From: Burkholderiales bacterium
Lineage (GTDB): Bacteria > Pseudomonadota > Gammaproteobacteria > Burkholderiales > SG8-39
NCBI GenBank assembly: GCA_035459025.1
Contig: DATHYT010000074.1
Location: forward strand, 5,378-69,377
Direction of reading: 5' to 3'
DNA: 64,000 bases
Below the pieces are notes generated by a model that searched no databases, was not told the DNA's origin, and worked only from the letters and a program-made list of their open reading frames with translations. Of the stretch, positions 34,729 to 45,878 are shown in pieces (positions within the stretch are counted from its first letter, which is position 1; every line of letters begins with the position of its first letter). Both the position numbers and the translations under genes were made by a program.

Positions 34729-36156
34729 ATGGCCCCTCCTCGCACCAAGCGGAAGTCGCGCCCTAGAGCCGGGGCGGGGCGTCCCGCGGCGCCCTGGTCG
34801 CCGCGCTTCGCCGAGCCGCTCGACGACCTGGTGAAGCGCTTCACCGCCTCGGTGGCCTTCGACCGGAGGCTCGCGGCGGTCGATATCCAGGCGTCGCTCG
34901 CGCATGCGCGCATGCTCGCCGCCTGCGGCATCATCGCCCGGGACGACCTTGCCGACATCGAGCGCGGCATGGCGGCGATCCGCAAGGAGATCGAGGCGGG
35001 CGAATTCGCCTGGTCGCTGGACGCCGAGGACGTGCACACCAACATCGAGCGCCGCCTGATCGAGCGGGTCGGCGAGGCCGGCAAGCGCCTGCACACCGCG
35101 CGCTCGAGAAACGACCAGGTGGCGACCGACGTGCGCCTGTGGCTGCGCGCCGAGATCGACGCCATGGACGGCGCGATCGGCCGGCTGCAGGAGGCGCTGC
35201 TCGTGCAGGCCGAGCGCCACGCGGCGCTGGTGATGCCGGGCTTCACGCACCTGCAGGTGGCGCAGCCGGTGACCTTCGGCCATCACCTGATGGCCTACTA
35301 CGAGATGCTCGCGCGCGACCGCGCGCGCTTCGCCGAGTGCCGCCGGCGCGTCAATGTCCTGCCGCTGGGCGCCGCGGCGCTCGCCGGCACCACCTTTGCC
35401 ATCGACCGCGCGCGCGTGGCGCGCGAGCTCGGCTTCGAGAGCGTCGCCGCCAACTCGCTCGACGCGGTGTCCGATCGCGACTTCGCCATCGAGTTCTGCG
35501 CGGATGCCGCCCTCGCCATGACGCACCTGTCGCGCCTCGCCGAGGAGCTGGTGCTGTGGATGAGCCCGCGCTTCGGCTTCGTGCGCCTGCCCGACCGCTT
35601 CTGCACCGGCAGCTCGATCATGCCGCAGAAGAAGAACCCCGACGTACCCGAGCTGGTGCGGGGCAAGAGCGCGCGCGTCGCCGGCAGCCTGATGACGTTG
35701 CTGATGCTGATGAAGGCGCAGCCGCTCGCCTACAACAAGGACAACCAGGAAGATAAGGAGCCGCTGTTCGACGCCGCGGACACGCTGCGCGACGCGCTCA
35801 CCGTGTTCGCCGAGCTGGTGGCGGGCCTCGAGCCGGTGCCCGAGGCGATGCGCGCGGCGGCGCTCGAGGGCTTCGCCACCGCCACCGACCTCGCCGACTA
35901 TCTGGTGAGAAAGGGCGTGCCGTTTCGCGACGCGCACAGCGTGGTGGCGCGCGCGGTGCGCGAGGCCGAAAGCGTGGGCTGCGATCTCTCGGGCCTGCCG
36001 CTCGCGGTGCTCAAGCGCTTCTCGAGCGTGATCGGCGACGACGTGTACGAGTGCCTGTCGCTGGAGGGCTCGGTGGCAGCGCGCGACCACCCCGGCGGCA
36101 CCGCGCCGCGCCAGGTCAGGGCGGCGGTGGCGCGCGCGCGGCGCGGCAAGGCATGA
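34729..36156 (+). CDS. argH: Argininosuccinate lyase (with a basic N-terminal extension of about 20 aa)
   Basis: [15 protein letters not shown], fumarate-lyase signature [27 protein letters not shown]. Divergent from algZ. Confidence 0.93.
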   Translation: MAPPRTKRKSRPRAGAGRPAAPWSPRFAEPLDDLVKRFTASVAFDRRLAAVDIQASLAHARMLAACGIIARDDLADIERGMAAIRKEIEAGEFAWSLDAEDVHTNIERRLIERVGEAGKRLHTARSRNDQVATDVRLWLRAEIDAMDGAIGRLQEALLVQAERHAALVMPGFTHLQVAQPVTFGHHLMAYYEMLARDRARFAECRRRVNVLPLGAAALAGTTFAIDRARVARELGFESVAANSLDAVSDRDFAIEFCADAALAMTHLSRLAEELVLWMSPRFGFVRLPDRFCTGSSIMPQKKNPDVPELVRGKSARVAGSLMTLLMLMKAQPLAYNKDNQEDKEPLFDAADTLRDALTVFAELVAGLEPVPEAMRAAALEGFATATDLADYLVRKGVPFRDAHSVVARAVREAESVGCDLSGLPLAVLKRFSSVIGDDVYECLSLEGSVAARDHPGGTAPRQVRAAVARARRGKA

Positions 36157-37451
36157 ACGAGGCCGTGGTGGCGATGCCCGAGCGCATCGGCAAGTACCCG
36201 GTGCTGCAGGAGATCGGGCGCGGCGCGACGAGCGTGGTGTACCTGTGCAATGACCCGTTCTACAGCCGCAACGTCGCCGTCAAGGTGGTGATCCCGGACG
36301 TGTCCCAGAACAAGGACAAGGGGCGCCTGTTCCGCAAGCTCTTCATCACCGAGGCCTCGCTCGCCGGCAAGCTCCAGCACCCGCACATCTGCCAGATCTA
36401 CGACGCGGTCGCCAACGACCGCGAGCAGTACATCGTCATGGAGTACGTCGACGGCGGCACGCTCGAGCGCCACGGCGACGCGCAGGACCTGCTGCCGATC
36501 GACCGCGTGGTGGAGATCGTGTTCAAGTGCACGCGCGCGCTGGAATTCGCGCACAAGATGGGCATCACGCACCGCGATCTGAAGCCCGCCAACATCCTGT
36601 ACACGGGCGAGACCGACGTCAAGGTCTCGGACTTCGGCGCCGCGCTCATCGCGAGCGGCGACATCACGCAGGTCTCGGCCATCGGCTCGCCGGCCTACAT
36701 GTCGCCCGAGCAGGTCAAGGAGCATGCGCTCGACCACCGCACCGACATCTACTCGCTCGGCGTGGTCATGTACCAGCTGCTCGCCGGGCGCCTGCCGTTC
36801 CAGGCCACCAACAACTTCAGCCTGATCTACCAGATCGCCAACGTCGAGCCGCAGCCGCCCTCGTCCTACCGGCCGCAGATCCCGGCGGCGCTCGACGCGA
36901 TCGTGAAGCGCGCCATGGCCAAGGACCTGGCGCAGCGCTACGCGAACTGGGAGGACTTCTCGCTCGACCTGGCGGAGGTGTTCCGCAACGAGCGCCTCAG
37001 CGGCAAGCGCGAGCAGTTCGCCGATTCCGACAAGTTCGAGTCGCTGCGAAGGCTCGCCTTCTTCATCAACTTCACCGACGCCGAGCTCTGGGAAGTGGCG
37101 CGCATCTCCAACTGGCGCACCGCCGCCGCCGGCGAGCTGCTGATGAAGGAGGGCGAGCCCGGGAACTTCTTCTGCATCCTCGCCGACGGCCAGGTGCGCG
37201 TGACGCGCAAGGGCAAGCTGCTCAACATCCTGTCCGCGGGCGAGTGCTTCGGCGAGATGGCCTACCTGTCCAAGGAGGAGCAGCTGCGCGGGGCCGACGT
37301 CACGGTGATGGAGGAATCGAAGATCATCTCCGTGCCGACGCAGAAGCTCACGCAGGCGTCCGACGCCTGCCGCTACAAGTTCGACCGCGCCTTCATGGAG
37401 ATCCTGGTCGAGCGCCTGACCATGGCCAACGCCCGGCTCTCGGGCGTGTGA
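36153..37451 (+). CDS. Hanks-type Ser/Thr protein kinase fused to a C-terminal cyclic-nucleotide-binding-like domain
   Basis: ATG overlaps the argH stop (ATGA). Kinase motifs [35 protein letters not shown]-terminal cNMP fold with [24 protein letters not shown] and FGEMAYL...RGADV. Confidence 0.85.
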   Translation: MNEAVVAMPERIGKYPVLQEIGRGATSVVYLCNDPFYSRNVAVKVVIPDVSQNKDKGRLFRKLFITEASLAGKLQHPHICQIYDAVANDREQYIVMEYVDGGTLERHGDAQDLLPIDRVVEIVFKCTRALEFAHKMGITHRDLKPANILYTGETDVKVSDFGAALIASGDITQVSAIGSPAYMSPEQVKEHALDHRTDIYSLGVVMYQLLAGRLPFQATNNFSLIYQIANVEPQPPSSYRPQIPAALDAIVKRAMAKDLAQRYANWEDFSLDLAEVFRNERLSGKREQFADSDKFESLRRLAFFINFTDAELWEVARISNWRTAAAGELLMKEGEPGNFFCILADGQVRVTRKGKLLNILSAGECFGEMAYLSKEEQLRGADVTVMEESKIISVPTQKLTQASDACRYKFDRAFMEILVERLTMANARLSGV

Positions 37452-37655
37452 GCGCGATGCGCCGCCACTGATTTTCTTGTCCGTATGCTGGCGTGATTTC
37501 CATCGTGACCCGACGCAAGCCTAATCTGCTCAGGGAGGATGGCGGAGTTGCCTCAACCTTAACCTCGGTCAAAATCGGGCCCCGGATGTTCTGGTAGATG
37601 TCTCCGAGTAACACGAGAACTAGAAGCAGTCCAACCAAGCTGCAGGAGAAAATCA

Positions 37656-38132
37656 ATGAAGCCATTTGCTCTGGGAATCGCGGCCCTGGCGGCCTTTTCC
37701 GTCAGCGCCCCGTCCGCCGCTACAGACGTGACCTATCGAAAGGATATCCGACCGCTGATGGAGCAGAAATGCCTTGGCTGCCACGGCTCCGGCGCACCGT
37801 ACTATGGCGACTTCAAGGAAGACGTGAAGAAATACGAGGCGGCCATGAAAGGCCCGCGGATGGATACCTATGCCGATACGATCTACTTCGTCGGCTGGCC
37901 GGATACGGGCGCATTGATGCGCAGACTCGACGACGGCAAGGCAAGCAAGAGCGGCAAGCCGGGCAACATGTATGTCTTCCTCGGTTCGAGCGACGAAGAG
38001 CGGCAAAAGAATTTCAAGCTCTTCAAGGACTGGGTAGGCGAGGACGCGTGGGTACTCAACCGCTGGAAGGCGAGAGGCGACGTTCCCGGCATAACGCAGG
38101 ATCAAGTCTCGAAGATGAAGCTCAAGTATTAG
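37656..38132 (+). CDS. Small exported monoheme c-type cytochrome-like protein (PSCyt1-like motif)
   Basis: 158 aa with AGGAGA Shine-Dalgarno 7 nt upstream and signal peptide MKPFALGIAALAAFSVSAPSAA. DIRPLMEQKCLGCHG contains CxxCH at 37770-37784. Codon usage is visibly A/T-richer than the neighbours. Confidence 0.65.
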   Translation: MKPFALGIAALAAFSVSAPSAATDVTYRKDIRPLMEQKCLGCHGSGAPYYGDFKEDVKKYEAAMKGPRMDTYADTIYFVGWPDTGALMRRLDDGKASKSGKPGNMYVFLGSSDEERQKNFKLFKDWVGEDAWVLNRWKARGDVPGITQDQVSKMKLKY

Positions 38133-38160
38133 CGAACCCGGAACAATCGCGGCACTTACC

Positions 38161-38186
38161 CGCCCCACTTGTTGGGGCGTTTTCTT
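38161..38186 (+). terminator. Rho-independent terminator after the cytochrome-like gene
   Basis: CGCCCCA-CTTGT-TGGGGCG followed by TTTTCTT. Confidence 0.65.
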
Positions 38187-38403
38187 GCCGGCCAACAAAC
38201 AAGACAATCCATCCGCTCCTCGCGAAGCAGATTCAGGCGATGTCCGGGCCGGGGTTGTAGGTCAGGATCTGCTCTGACACCTCAGGCGGCTTCGGGGCCG
38301 GTAGCCCAGGCCCCGTTCCCGCCGGAGTCCTTGGCGCCCACAGGCCAAGGTGGAGCGCTCGAGCGCCCCTTTGCAAGCAGCCCGTAGGTACGCAGACCGC
38401 GAT

Positions 38404-38733
38404 CTAGGCCTGCTGCTTCACCCCTTCGAGCAGCTTCTGCAGCTCGCCCGACTGGTACATCTCGCGCAGGATGTCCGCGCCGCCGACGAATTCGCCGTTG
38501 ACGTAGAGCTGCGGGATGGTGGGCCAGTTGGCGTATTCCTTGATGCCCTGGCGGATCTCGGGATCGGCGAGCACGTCGACGCTGGCGAAGCTCGAGACGC
38601 CGCAAGCCTGCAGCGCCTGCACCGCGAGGGCCGAGAAGCCGCACTGCGGCATCTGCGGCGTGCCCTTCATGAAAAGCACCACCGGGTTGGAGGCGACCTG
38701 CTCTTTGATGCGCTGTTGGGTGTCCATAGTCAC
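38404..38733 (-). CDS. grxD: Monothiol glutaredoxin (Grx4/GrxD family)
   Basis: [17 protein letters not shown] active site and [19 protein letters not shown]. Confidence 0.92.
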   Translation of the reverse strand: MTMDTQQRIKEQVASNPVVLFMKGTPQMPQCGFSALAVQALQACGVSSFASVDVLADPEIRQGIKEYANWPTIPQLYVNGEFVGGADILREMYQSGELQKLLEGVKQQA

Positions 38734-39524
38734 GATTCTAGTCCGCCGCCCGAGACCCGGGCAATGCCTGCAAGATCGGGCCAGCTGCGCACGTCTTCAA
38801 GACCCGCCTCGCGCAGCAGCTTTCTGACCTCCGCGTCCTGCCCCAGGCCGTGCTCGAGCAGCAGGCGCCCGCCCGGGCGGAGGTGCGCCGCCGCGCCAGC
38901 CGCGATCTCCCGGATCGACTCCAGGCCGTCGGGCCCCGCGGCCAGCGCCGAGCGCGGCTCGAAGCGCACGTCGCCTTCGGCGAGGTGCGGATCATCCTCA
39001 CTCACGTAAGGGGGATTCGAGACCACCGCGTCGAAACGCTCGCCCGCCACCGGCTCGTACCACAGGCCGTGGCGGAACTCGACCTCCAGGCCGAGCCGGA
39101 GGGCGTTCCGCTGCGCCACGGCGAGCGCCGCGGCGCTCCTTTCCACCGCCACCACCCTGGCCGCCGGCTGATGGCGCTTCAGCGCCAGCGCAATCGCGCC
39201 GCTGCCGGTGCCCAGATCGAGCACGCTCGCGGGCGCCAGCCCGAGCGCGAGCTCCACCAGCAGCTCGGTTTCGGGACGCGGAATGAGCACCGCCGGATTG
39301 ACCGCGAGCGGCAAGCCGTAGAACTCCTTCACGCCGAGGATGTAGGCGATAGGTTCGCCGCGCGCCCGCCGCGCCGCGTAGTCGCGGAACTTCGCCTCGG
39401 CCTCGGCGGGCAGCTCGCGCTCCGGATGCGCGAGCACGCTCGCCTCCGAATACCCCGTTGCCGCGGCGAGCAGCAAGCGCGCCTCGCGCGCCTCGAGCGC
39501 CGCGAGGGCCTGCGCCACCTTCAA
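38730..39524 (-). CDS. prmC: Release-factor glutamine N5-methyltransferase
   Basis: Start is TTG 39524 (overlapping the prfA stop) or GTG 39518. [32 protein letters not shown] motifs. The upstream part of the 369-aa track ORF is an alternate frame of prfA. Confidence 0.88.
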   Translation of the reverse strand: MKVAQALAALEAREARLLLAAATGYSEASVLAHPERELPAEAEAKFRDYAARRARGEPIAYILGVKEFYGLPLAVNPAVLIPRPETELLVELALGLAPASVLDLGTGSGAIALALKRHQPAARVVAVERSAAALAVAQRNALRLGLEVEFRHGLWYEPVAGERFDAVVSNPPYVSEDDPHLAEGDVRFEPRSALAAGPDGLESIREIAAGAAAHLRPGGRLLLEHGLGQDAEVRKLLREAGLEDVRSWPDLAGIARVSGGGLES

Positions 39525-40606
39525 GCGGCTTCTTCGGCGAGCTGCGCCAGCTGCTCGGCCTGATGCTCCGCCGCGAGCGCATCGAGCAGCTCGCCCAGCT
39601 CCCCGTCCATGATGCGGTCGATCTTGTACAGCGTCAGGTTGATGCGGTGGTCGGTGACGCGGCCCTGCGGGAAGTTGTAGGTGCGGATGCGCTCCGAGCG
39701 GTCGCCCGAGCCGACGAGCGACTTCCGCGCCGAGGCGGTCTTCGCCTCCTGCTCGCGCGTCTGCTTGTCCTTGATGCGCGCGGCGAGCACGCCCAGCGCC
39801 TTTTCGCGGTTCTTGTGCTGCGAGCGCGAGTCCTGGCACTCGACCACGATGCCGGTCGGCAGGTGCGTGACGCGGATCGCCGACTCGGTCTTGTTGACGT
39901 GCTGGCCGCCCGCGCCCGAGGCGCGGAAGGTGTCGATGCGCAGCTCCGCGGGATTCAGCACCACGTCGTCGAGCGCCTCGGCCTCGGGCAGCACCGCCAC
40001 CGTGCAGGCCGAGGTGTGGATGCGCCCTTGCGCCTCGGTCGCGGGCACGCGCTGCACGCGGTGCGCGCCCGACTCGAACTTCAGGCGCGAATACGCCCCT
40101 TGCGCGCCGATGCGCACGATCACCTCCTTGTAGCCGCCGAGCTCGGAGGCACTCTCGGAAATGAGCTCCACCGGCCAGCCCTGGCGCTCGGCATAGCGTG
40201 TGTACATGCGCAGCAGGTCGCCCGCGAACAGGGCCGACTCGTCGCCGCCGGTGCCGGCGCGCACCTCGAGGAAGATGCTGCGCTCGTCGTTCGGGTCCCT
40301 GGGCAGCAGCTGCTTCTGCAGCTCGTCCTCCAGCCGCTGCATCTGGGCGCGCGCGCCCTTCAGCTCTTCGTCGGCGAAGCCCTTCATGGCCGCGTCGCCG
40401 GCCATGTCCTGCGCGGCCTGCGCGTCGGCCTCGGCCTGGCGGTAGCGCGCGTACAGCGCGGCGAGCCCCGAAGCCTCGGCATACTCGCGCGACAGGTTCT
40501 TGAACTGGCCGAGGTCGCGCGTCGCGTCCTCGGCGGCGAGCAGGCGGTTCAACTCCTCCAAGCGCACGAGCGTGCGCTCGAGCTTGGCGCGCAGCGACGG
40601 CTTCAC
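39521..40606 (-). CDS. prfA: Peptide chain release factor 1
   Basis: GTG at 40606 overlapping the hemA stop. PAT tripeptide (VPATE), GGQ motif ([14 protein letters not shown]) and [20 protein letters not shown]. Confidence 0.95.
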   Translation of the reverse strand: MKPSLRAKLERTLVRLEELNRLLAAEDATRDLGQFKNLSREYAEASGLAALYARYRQAEADAQAAQDMAGDAAMKGFADEELKGARAQMQRLEDELQKQLLPRDPNDERSIFLEVRAGTGGDESALFAGDLLRMYTRYAERQGWPVELISESASELGGYKEVIVRIGAQGAYSRLKFESGAHRVQRVPATEAQGRIHTSACTVAVLPEAEALDDVVLNPAELRIDTFRASGAGGQHVNKTESAIRVTHLPTGIVVECQDSRSQHKNREKALGVLAARIKDKQTREQEAKTASARKSLVGSGDRSERIRTYNFPQGRVTDHRINLTLYKIDRIMDGELGELLDALAAEHQAEQLAQLAEEAA

Positions 40607-41859
40607 CGGGAGCGGTACAGGCGTTCGATGAGCGCCGAGAGCGCCTGGCGCTCGTCGCCGGCGGCCTCGTTCAGCGCCTGCGTCGGCGCGTGCAGCAGCT
40701 TGTTGGTGAGGCCCTGCGACAGCGCTTCGAGCACCGCCTTCGGGTCGTCGCCGCGCTGCAGGTGCCTGAGCGCGCGCTCGAGCTCGTGCTGGCGCGCCGC
40801 CTCCCCCTGGTCGCGCAGCTGGCGGATCAACGGCACCGAGGCGCGCGCGGCCATCCAGTGCATGAACTGCCCGACCTGCGTCTCGATGATGGCCTCGGCC
40901 TGCTCCAGCGCCGAGCGGCGCGCGTCGAGGTTGCCCTGCACGATGGCGTGCAGGTCGTCGACCGTGTAGAGGAACACGTCGTTGAGCTCCGCCACCTCGA
41001 CCTCGATGTCGCGCGGCACGGCGAGGTCCACCATGAACATGGGGCGGCGCTTGCGCGCGCGCAGCGCGCGCTCGACCAGGCCCTTGCCGAGGATGGGGAG
41101 CGAGGACGCGGTGCAGGAGATGACGATGTCGTAGTCCTGCAGGTGCTCGGCGAGCGCGCGCAGCTCGACCGCGTGCCCGGCGAAGCGGTGCGCGAGCGCC
41201 TGCGCGCGCTCCAGCGTGCGGTTGGCCACCGCGATGCGCGCCGGCGCCTGCGCCGCAAAGTGCGTGGCGCAGAGCTCGATCATCTCGCCCGCGCCGATGA
41301 ACAGCACCTTTTGCTCCCGCAGGCTCGGGAAGATGCGCGCCGCGAGCTTGACCGCCGCCGCCGCCATGGAAACGCTGCTGGCGCCGATCGGCGTGGTGCT
41401 GCGCACCTCCTTGGCCACCGCGAAGGTGCGCTGAAACAGCTTGTGCAGCACCGTGCCGAGCGTGCCCGCGGCTTCCGCGGTGCGCACCGCGTCCTTGAGC
41501 TGCCCCAGGATCTGCGGCTCGCCGAACACCATCGAATCCAGCCCCGCGGCGACGCGGAAGGTGTGGCGCACGGCCTGGTCCTGCGGCAGGGTGTACAGGT
41601 AGGGCCGCAGCTCCTCGGGCTGCAGGCTGTGGTAGCGCGCGAACCATTCGGCCGCGGTCTGCGGCTCGCCCGCCGACAGGTACAGCTCGGTGCGGTTGCA
41701 GGTGGAGAGAATGGCGGCTTCGGCCACCCGCTGGCCGCGCGTCAGCTCGCCGAGTGCGTCGTAGAGCCTTTCGACGTGGAACACCACGCGCTCGCGCACC
41801 GGCAGCGGCGCGGTGGTGTGGCTGAGGCCGAGGGCGAAGAGGGTCATCGAATGCGCCAA
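40603..41859 (-). CDS. hemA: Glutamyl-tRNA reductase
   Basis: [11 protein letters not shown] active-site Cys, NAD-binding LFIGAGEM, classic hemA-prfA-prmC order. The start could be the ATG at 41847. Confidence 0.93.
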   Translation of the reverse strand: MAHSMTLFALGLSHTTAPLPVRERVVFHVERLYDALGELTRGQRVAEAAILSTCNRTELYLSAGEPQTAAEWFARYHSLQPEELRPYLYTLPQDQAVRHTFRVAAGLDSMVFGEPQILGQLKDAVRTAEAAGTLGTVLHKLFQRTFAVAKEVRSTTPIGASSVSMAAAAVKLAARIFPSLREQKVLFIGAGEMIELCATHFAAQAPARIAVANRTLERAQALAHRFAGHAVELRALAEHLQDYDIVISCTASSLPILGKGLVERALRARKRRPMFMVDLAVPRDIEVEVAELNDVFLYTVDDLHAIVQGNLDARRSALEQAEAIIETQVGQFMHWMAARASVPLIRQLRDQGEAARQHELERALRHLQRGDDPKAVLEALSQGLTNKLLHAPTQALNEAAGDERQALSALIERLYRSR

Positions 41860-41992
41860 TTGCGCATTATAGAAGCAAGCCCCCTCGCCAATTGCGTTAG
41901 ATCAAGCTCTTACGAAGGCCGGGGCACCTCGTCGCCGTAGCGCGATGTCCTCCGGCGCGCCTTCATCGGGGCGGTCTCGCGCGCGGAAAGGT

Positions 41993-42068
41993 TGGTGGCC
42001 AAGGCCGGAATCGAACCAGCGACACACGGATTTTCAGTCCGCTGCTCTACCAACTGAGCTACTTGGCC
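41993..42068 (-). tRNA. tRNA-Phe (anticodon GAA)
   Basis: The reverse complement reads GGCCAAGTAGCTCAGTTGGTAGAGCAGCGGACTGAAAATCCGTGTGTCGCTGGTTCGATTCCGGCCTTGGCCACCA. Canonical cloverleaf with anticodon loop CT-GAA-AA. Confidence 0.92.
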
Positions 42069-42088
42069 TGCCGGGAAGAGCGCGGATT

Positions 42089-42122
42089 ATAAAAGAAGAG
42101 GGGCCCGCTCGGGCCCCTCTTC
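42089..42122 (-). terminator. Rho-independent terminator after groEL
   Basis: On the minus strand: GAAGAGGGGCCC-GAGC-GGGCCCCTCTTC followed by TTTTAT. Confidence 0.7.
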
Positions 42123-42175
42123 GGTTTTCAGGATGGCGGTACGGGGGAAACCTCGGTTTCCCCTGTCCCTAGGGG

Positions 42176-44165
<1,990 letters not shown>

Positions 44166-44237
44166 ACAGGTCTCCAGACATTTATGTTGTAAGTCAATGG
44201 GTTGCAGTTGTGCAACCCGCCAAATACGAGAGGCTTG

Positions 44238-44264
44238 CTAGCACTCGCCTCAAGCGAGTGCTAA
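44238..44264 (-). promoter_or_regulatory. CIRCE operator (HrcA binding site) upstream of groES
   Basis: CTAGCACTC-GCCTCAAGC-GAGTGCTAA. The two 9-nt arms are separated by exactly 9 nt, against the consensus TTAGCACTC-N9-GAGTGCTAA. Confidence 0.8.
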
Positions 44265-44292
44265 TGATAGGGGCGAGGACGGGGGAATACAA
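44264..44292 (-). promoter_or_regulatory. Putative groESL promoter (sigma70-like TTGTAT-N17-TATCAT; also partly sigma32-like CCCTTGTA...CCCCTATC)
   Basis: Read on the minus strand, the -10 element abuts the CIRCE left arm. This is the usual geometry for HrcA-controlled promoters. Confidence 0.45.
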
Positions 44293-44326
44293 GGGCCGGT
44301 CGCGTCGCGCCCACTAGAATTCGCGC

Positions 44327-45760
44327 GTGCCCCGCTTCTGCCGTCTGGCGCTCGCCGCCGTCCTGCTGCTGGCGCCGCTGCCGTCCACCGCAGCGGCGAG
44401 CGGACTCCCCAAGCCGGTGGCCGAGGCGCTGCGCGCGGCTTCCGTGCCGCTCCGGGCGGTCGCGGTCGTCGTGCAGGAGGTAGGCGCCGCCCGCCCTGCG
44501 GTGAGCATGAACGCCGAGGCGGCGATGAATCCTGCCTCGGCGATGAAGCTGTTCACCACACTCGCGGCGCTCGAGCTTCTCGGGCCGGCCTACCACTGGA
44601 AGACCGAGGTCTACGCCGCCGGGCCGCTGCGCGATGGCGTGCTCGAAGGCGACCTCGTCCTGAAAGGCTACGGCGACCCGAAGCTCGACTACGAGAGCTT
44701 CTGGATGCTGTTGCGCACGCTGCGCGGCAAGGGCCTGCGCGAGATCCGCGGCGACGTGCTGATCGATCGCCGCTTCTTTGCGCCGCTGGCGGGCGATCCG
44801 GGCGACTTCGACGGCGAGGCGCTGCGGCCCTACAACGTGCTGCCGGATGCGCTTCTCGTGCACTACAAGGCGCTGCGCTTTGCCTTCGTGCCGCTCGCCG
44901 ACGGCGCGGGCGTGCGCATCTACGCCGAGCCGCGCCCGCCGGCGCTCGAGGTGAAGAACAGCCTGCGCCTGTCTTCCGGCCCCTGCTTCGAGGGGCGCGC
45001 GTTCCGCACCCTGCTGCAGGCCAGCTTCGAGCCCGGCCCGCCGCCGCGCGCCGCCTTCGAGGGACGCTACCCGATCGCCTGCGGCGAAAAGGACCTCAAC
45101 GTCGCCTTCCTGCCGCCCGACGAGCACGTCGGCGGCGTGCTGCGCGAGCTGTGGTCGGAAATGGGCGGCGCCTGGAGCGGGCGCGCGCGCGAAGGCGCGG
45201 TCCCGGAGGCGGCGCAGCTGCTGCACACGCACGAATCGGCGCCGCTCGCCGAGATCGTGCGCGACGTCAACAAGTTCTCCAACAACGTGATGGCACGGCA
45301 GCTCTTTCTCACGCTGGCCACCGCGGGCTACGAGCCGCCGGCGCAGCTGCACCAGGCGCAGCAGGTGCTGCGCCACTGGCTGAACCTGAAGGGCATCGCC
45401 GCGCCCGAGCTCTCGATCGAGAACGGCTCGGGGCTCTCGCGCACCGACCGCGCGAGCGCGGCGACCCTCGCCGCGGTGCTGCAGGCGGCGTGGAAGAGCG
45501 CGGTGATGCCCGAGTACATCGCCTCGCTGCCGCTCGCAGCGCTGGACGGCACGATGAGAAAGCGCCTGCACGGCGAGCCGGTCGCGGGACAAGCGCACAT
45601 GAAGACGGGGCTGCTCTCGGACGCGCGCGCGCTGGCCGGCTACCTCCTCGACGCGAAGGGCCGGCGCCAGATCGTCGTCATGCTCATGAACCACCCCAAC
45701 GCGCCAGAGGCCGAAGCCGCCAACGACGCCCTCCTGCGCTGGGTCTACGAGGCAAAATAG
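44327..45760 (+). CDS. dacB: D-alanyl-D-alanine carboxypeptidase/endopeptidase, PBP4 (S13) family
   Basis: 477 aa with a signal peptide. NPASAMKLFTT (SxxK), LKGYGDP, ENGSGLSR (SxN), HMKTGLL (KTG). Confidence 0.85.
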   Translation: MPRFCRLALAAVLLLAPLPSTAAASGLPKPVAEALRAASVPLRAVAVVVQEVGAARPAVSMNAEAAMNPASAMKLFTTLAALELLGPAYHWKTEVYAAGPLRDGVLEGDLVLKGYGDPKLDYESFWMLLRTLRGKGLREIRGDVLIDRRFFAPLAGDPGDFDGEALRPYNVLPDALLVHYKALRFAFVPLADGAGVRIYAEPRPPALEVKNSLRLSSGPCFEGRAFRTLLQASFEPGPPPRAAFEGRYPIACGEKDLNVAFLPPDEHVGGVLRELWSEMGGAWSGRAREGAVPEAAQLLHTHESAPLAEIVRDVNKFSNNVMARQLFLTLATAGYEPPAQLHQAQQVLRHWLNLKGIAAPELSIENGSGLSRTDRASAATLAAVLQAAWKSAVMPEYIASLPLAALDGTMRKRLHGEPVAGQAHMKTGLLSDARALAGYLLDAKGRRQIVVMLMNHPNAPEAEAANDALLRWVYEAK

Positions 45761-45801
45761 GGACAGACCTCATTTTTCCGCCCGCGCCTGCTGCGCGGGG
45801 C
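45755..45801. repeat. Half copy of the palindromic element family: left arm AAATAGGGACAGACCTCATTTTTC plus inner GC hairpin, no right arm
   Basis: Identical to the left arm and inner hairpin of the adjacent full element. It contains the dacB TAG stop (45758-45760). Confidence 0.8.
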
Positions 45802-45878
45802 TTAAATAGGGACAGACCTCATTTTTCCGCCCGCGCTTGATGCGCGGACAACGAAAAATGAGGTCTGTCCCTATTTAA
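45802..45878. repeat. 77-bp MITE/REP-like palindromic element with perfect 26-bp terminal inverted repeats
   Basis: TTAAATAGGGACAGACCTCATTTTTC (45802-45827) and its exact reverse complement (45853-45878) flank CCGCCCGCGC-TTGAT-GCGCGG. The right terminus contains the stop codon (45871-45873, minus strand) of the GGDEF/EAL gene. Confidence 0.85.

Noticed and set aside
37393-38207. Minus-strand ORFs in the low-GC islet: 37393..37665 (90 aa with a hydrophobic N-terminus) and 37653..38207 (184 aa).
   Set aside because: The first overlaps the kinase 3' end by 59 nt and the cytochrome start, and has no Shine-Dalgarno. The second is entirely antisense to the CxxCH ORF, which has a signal peptide, SD and terminator. 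Both are kept only as a remote possibility.
41945-42172. The 75-aa ORF spanning tRNA-Phe and the groEL terminator.
   Set aside because: It is fully explained by a canonical tRNA-Phe on the opposite strand plus a terminator hairpin.
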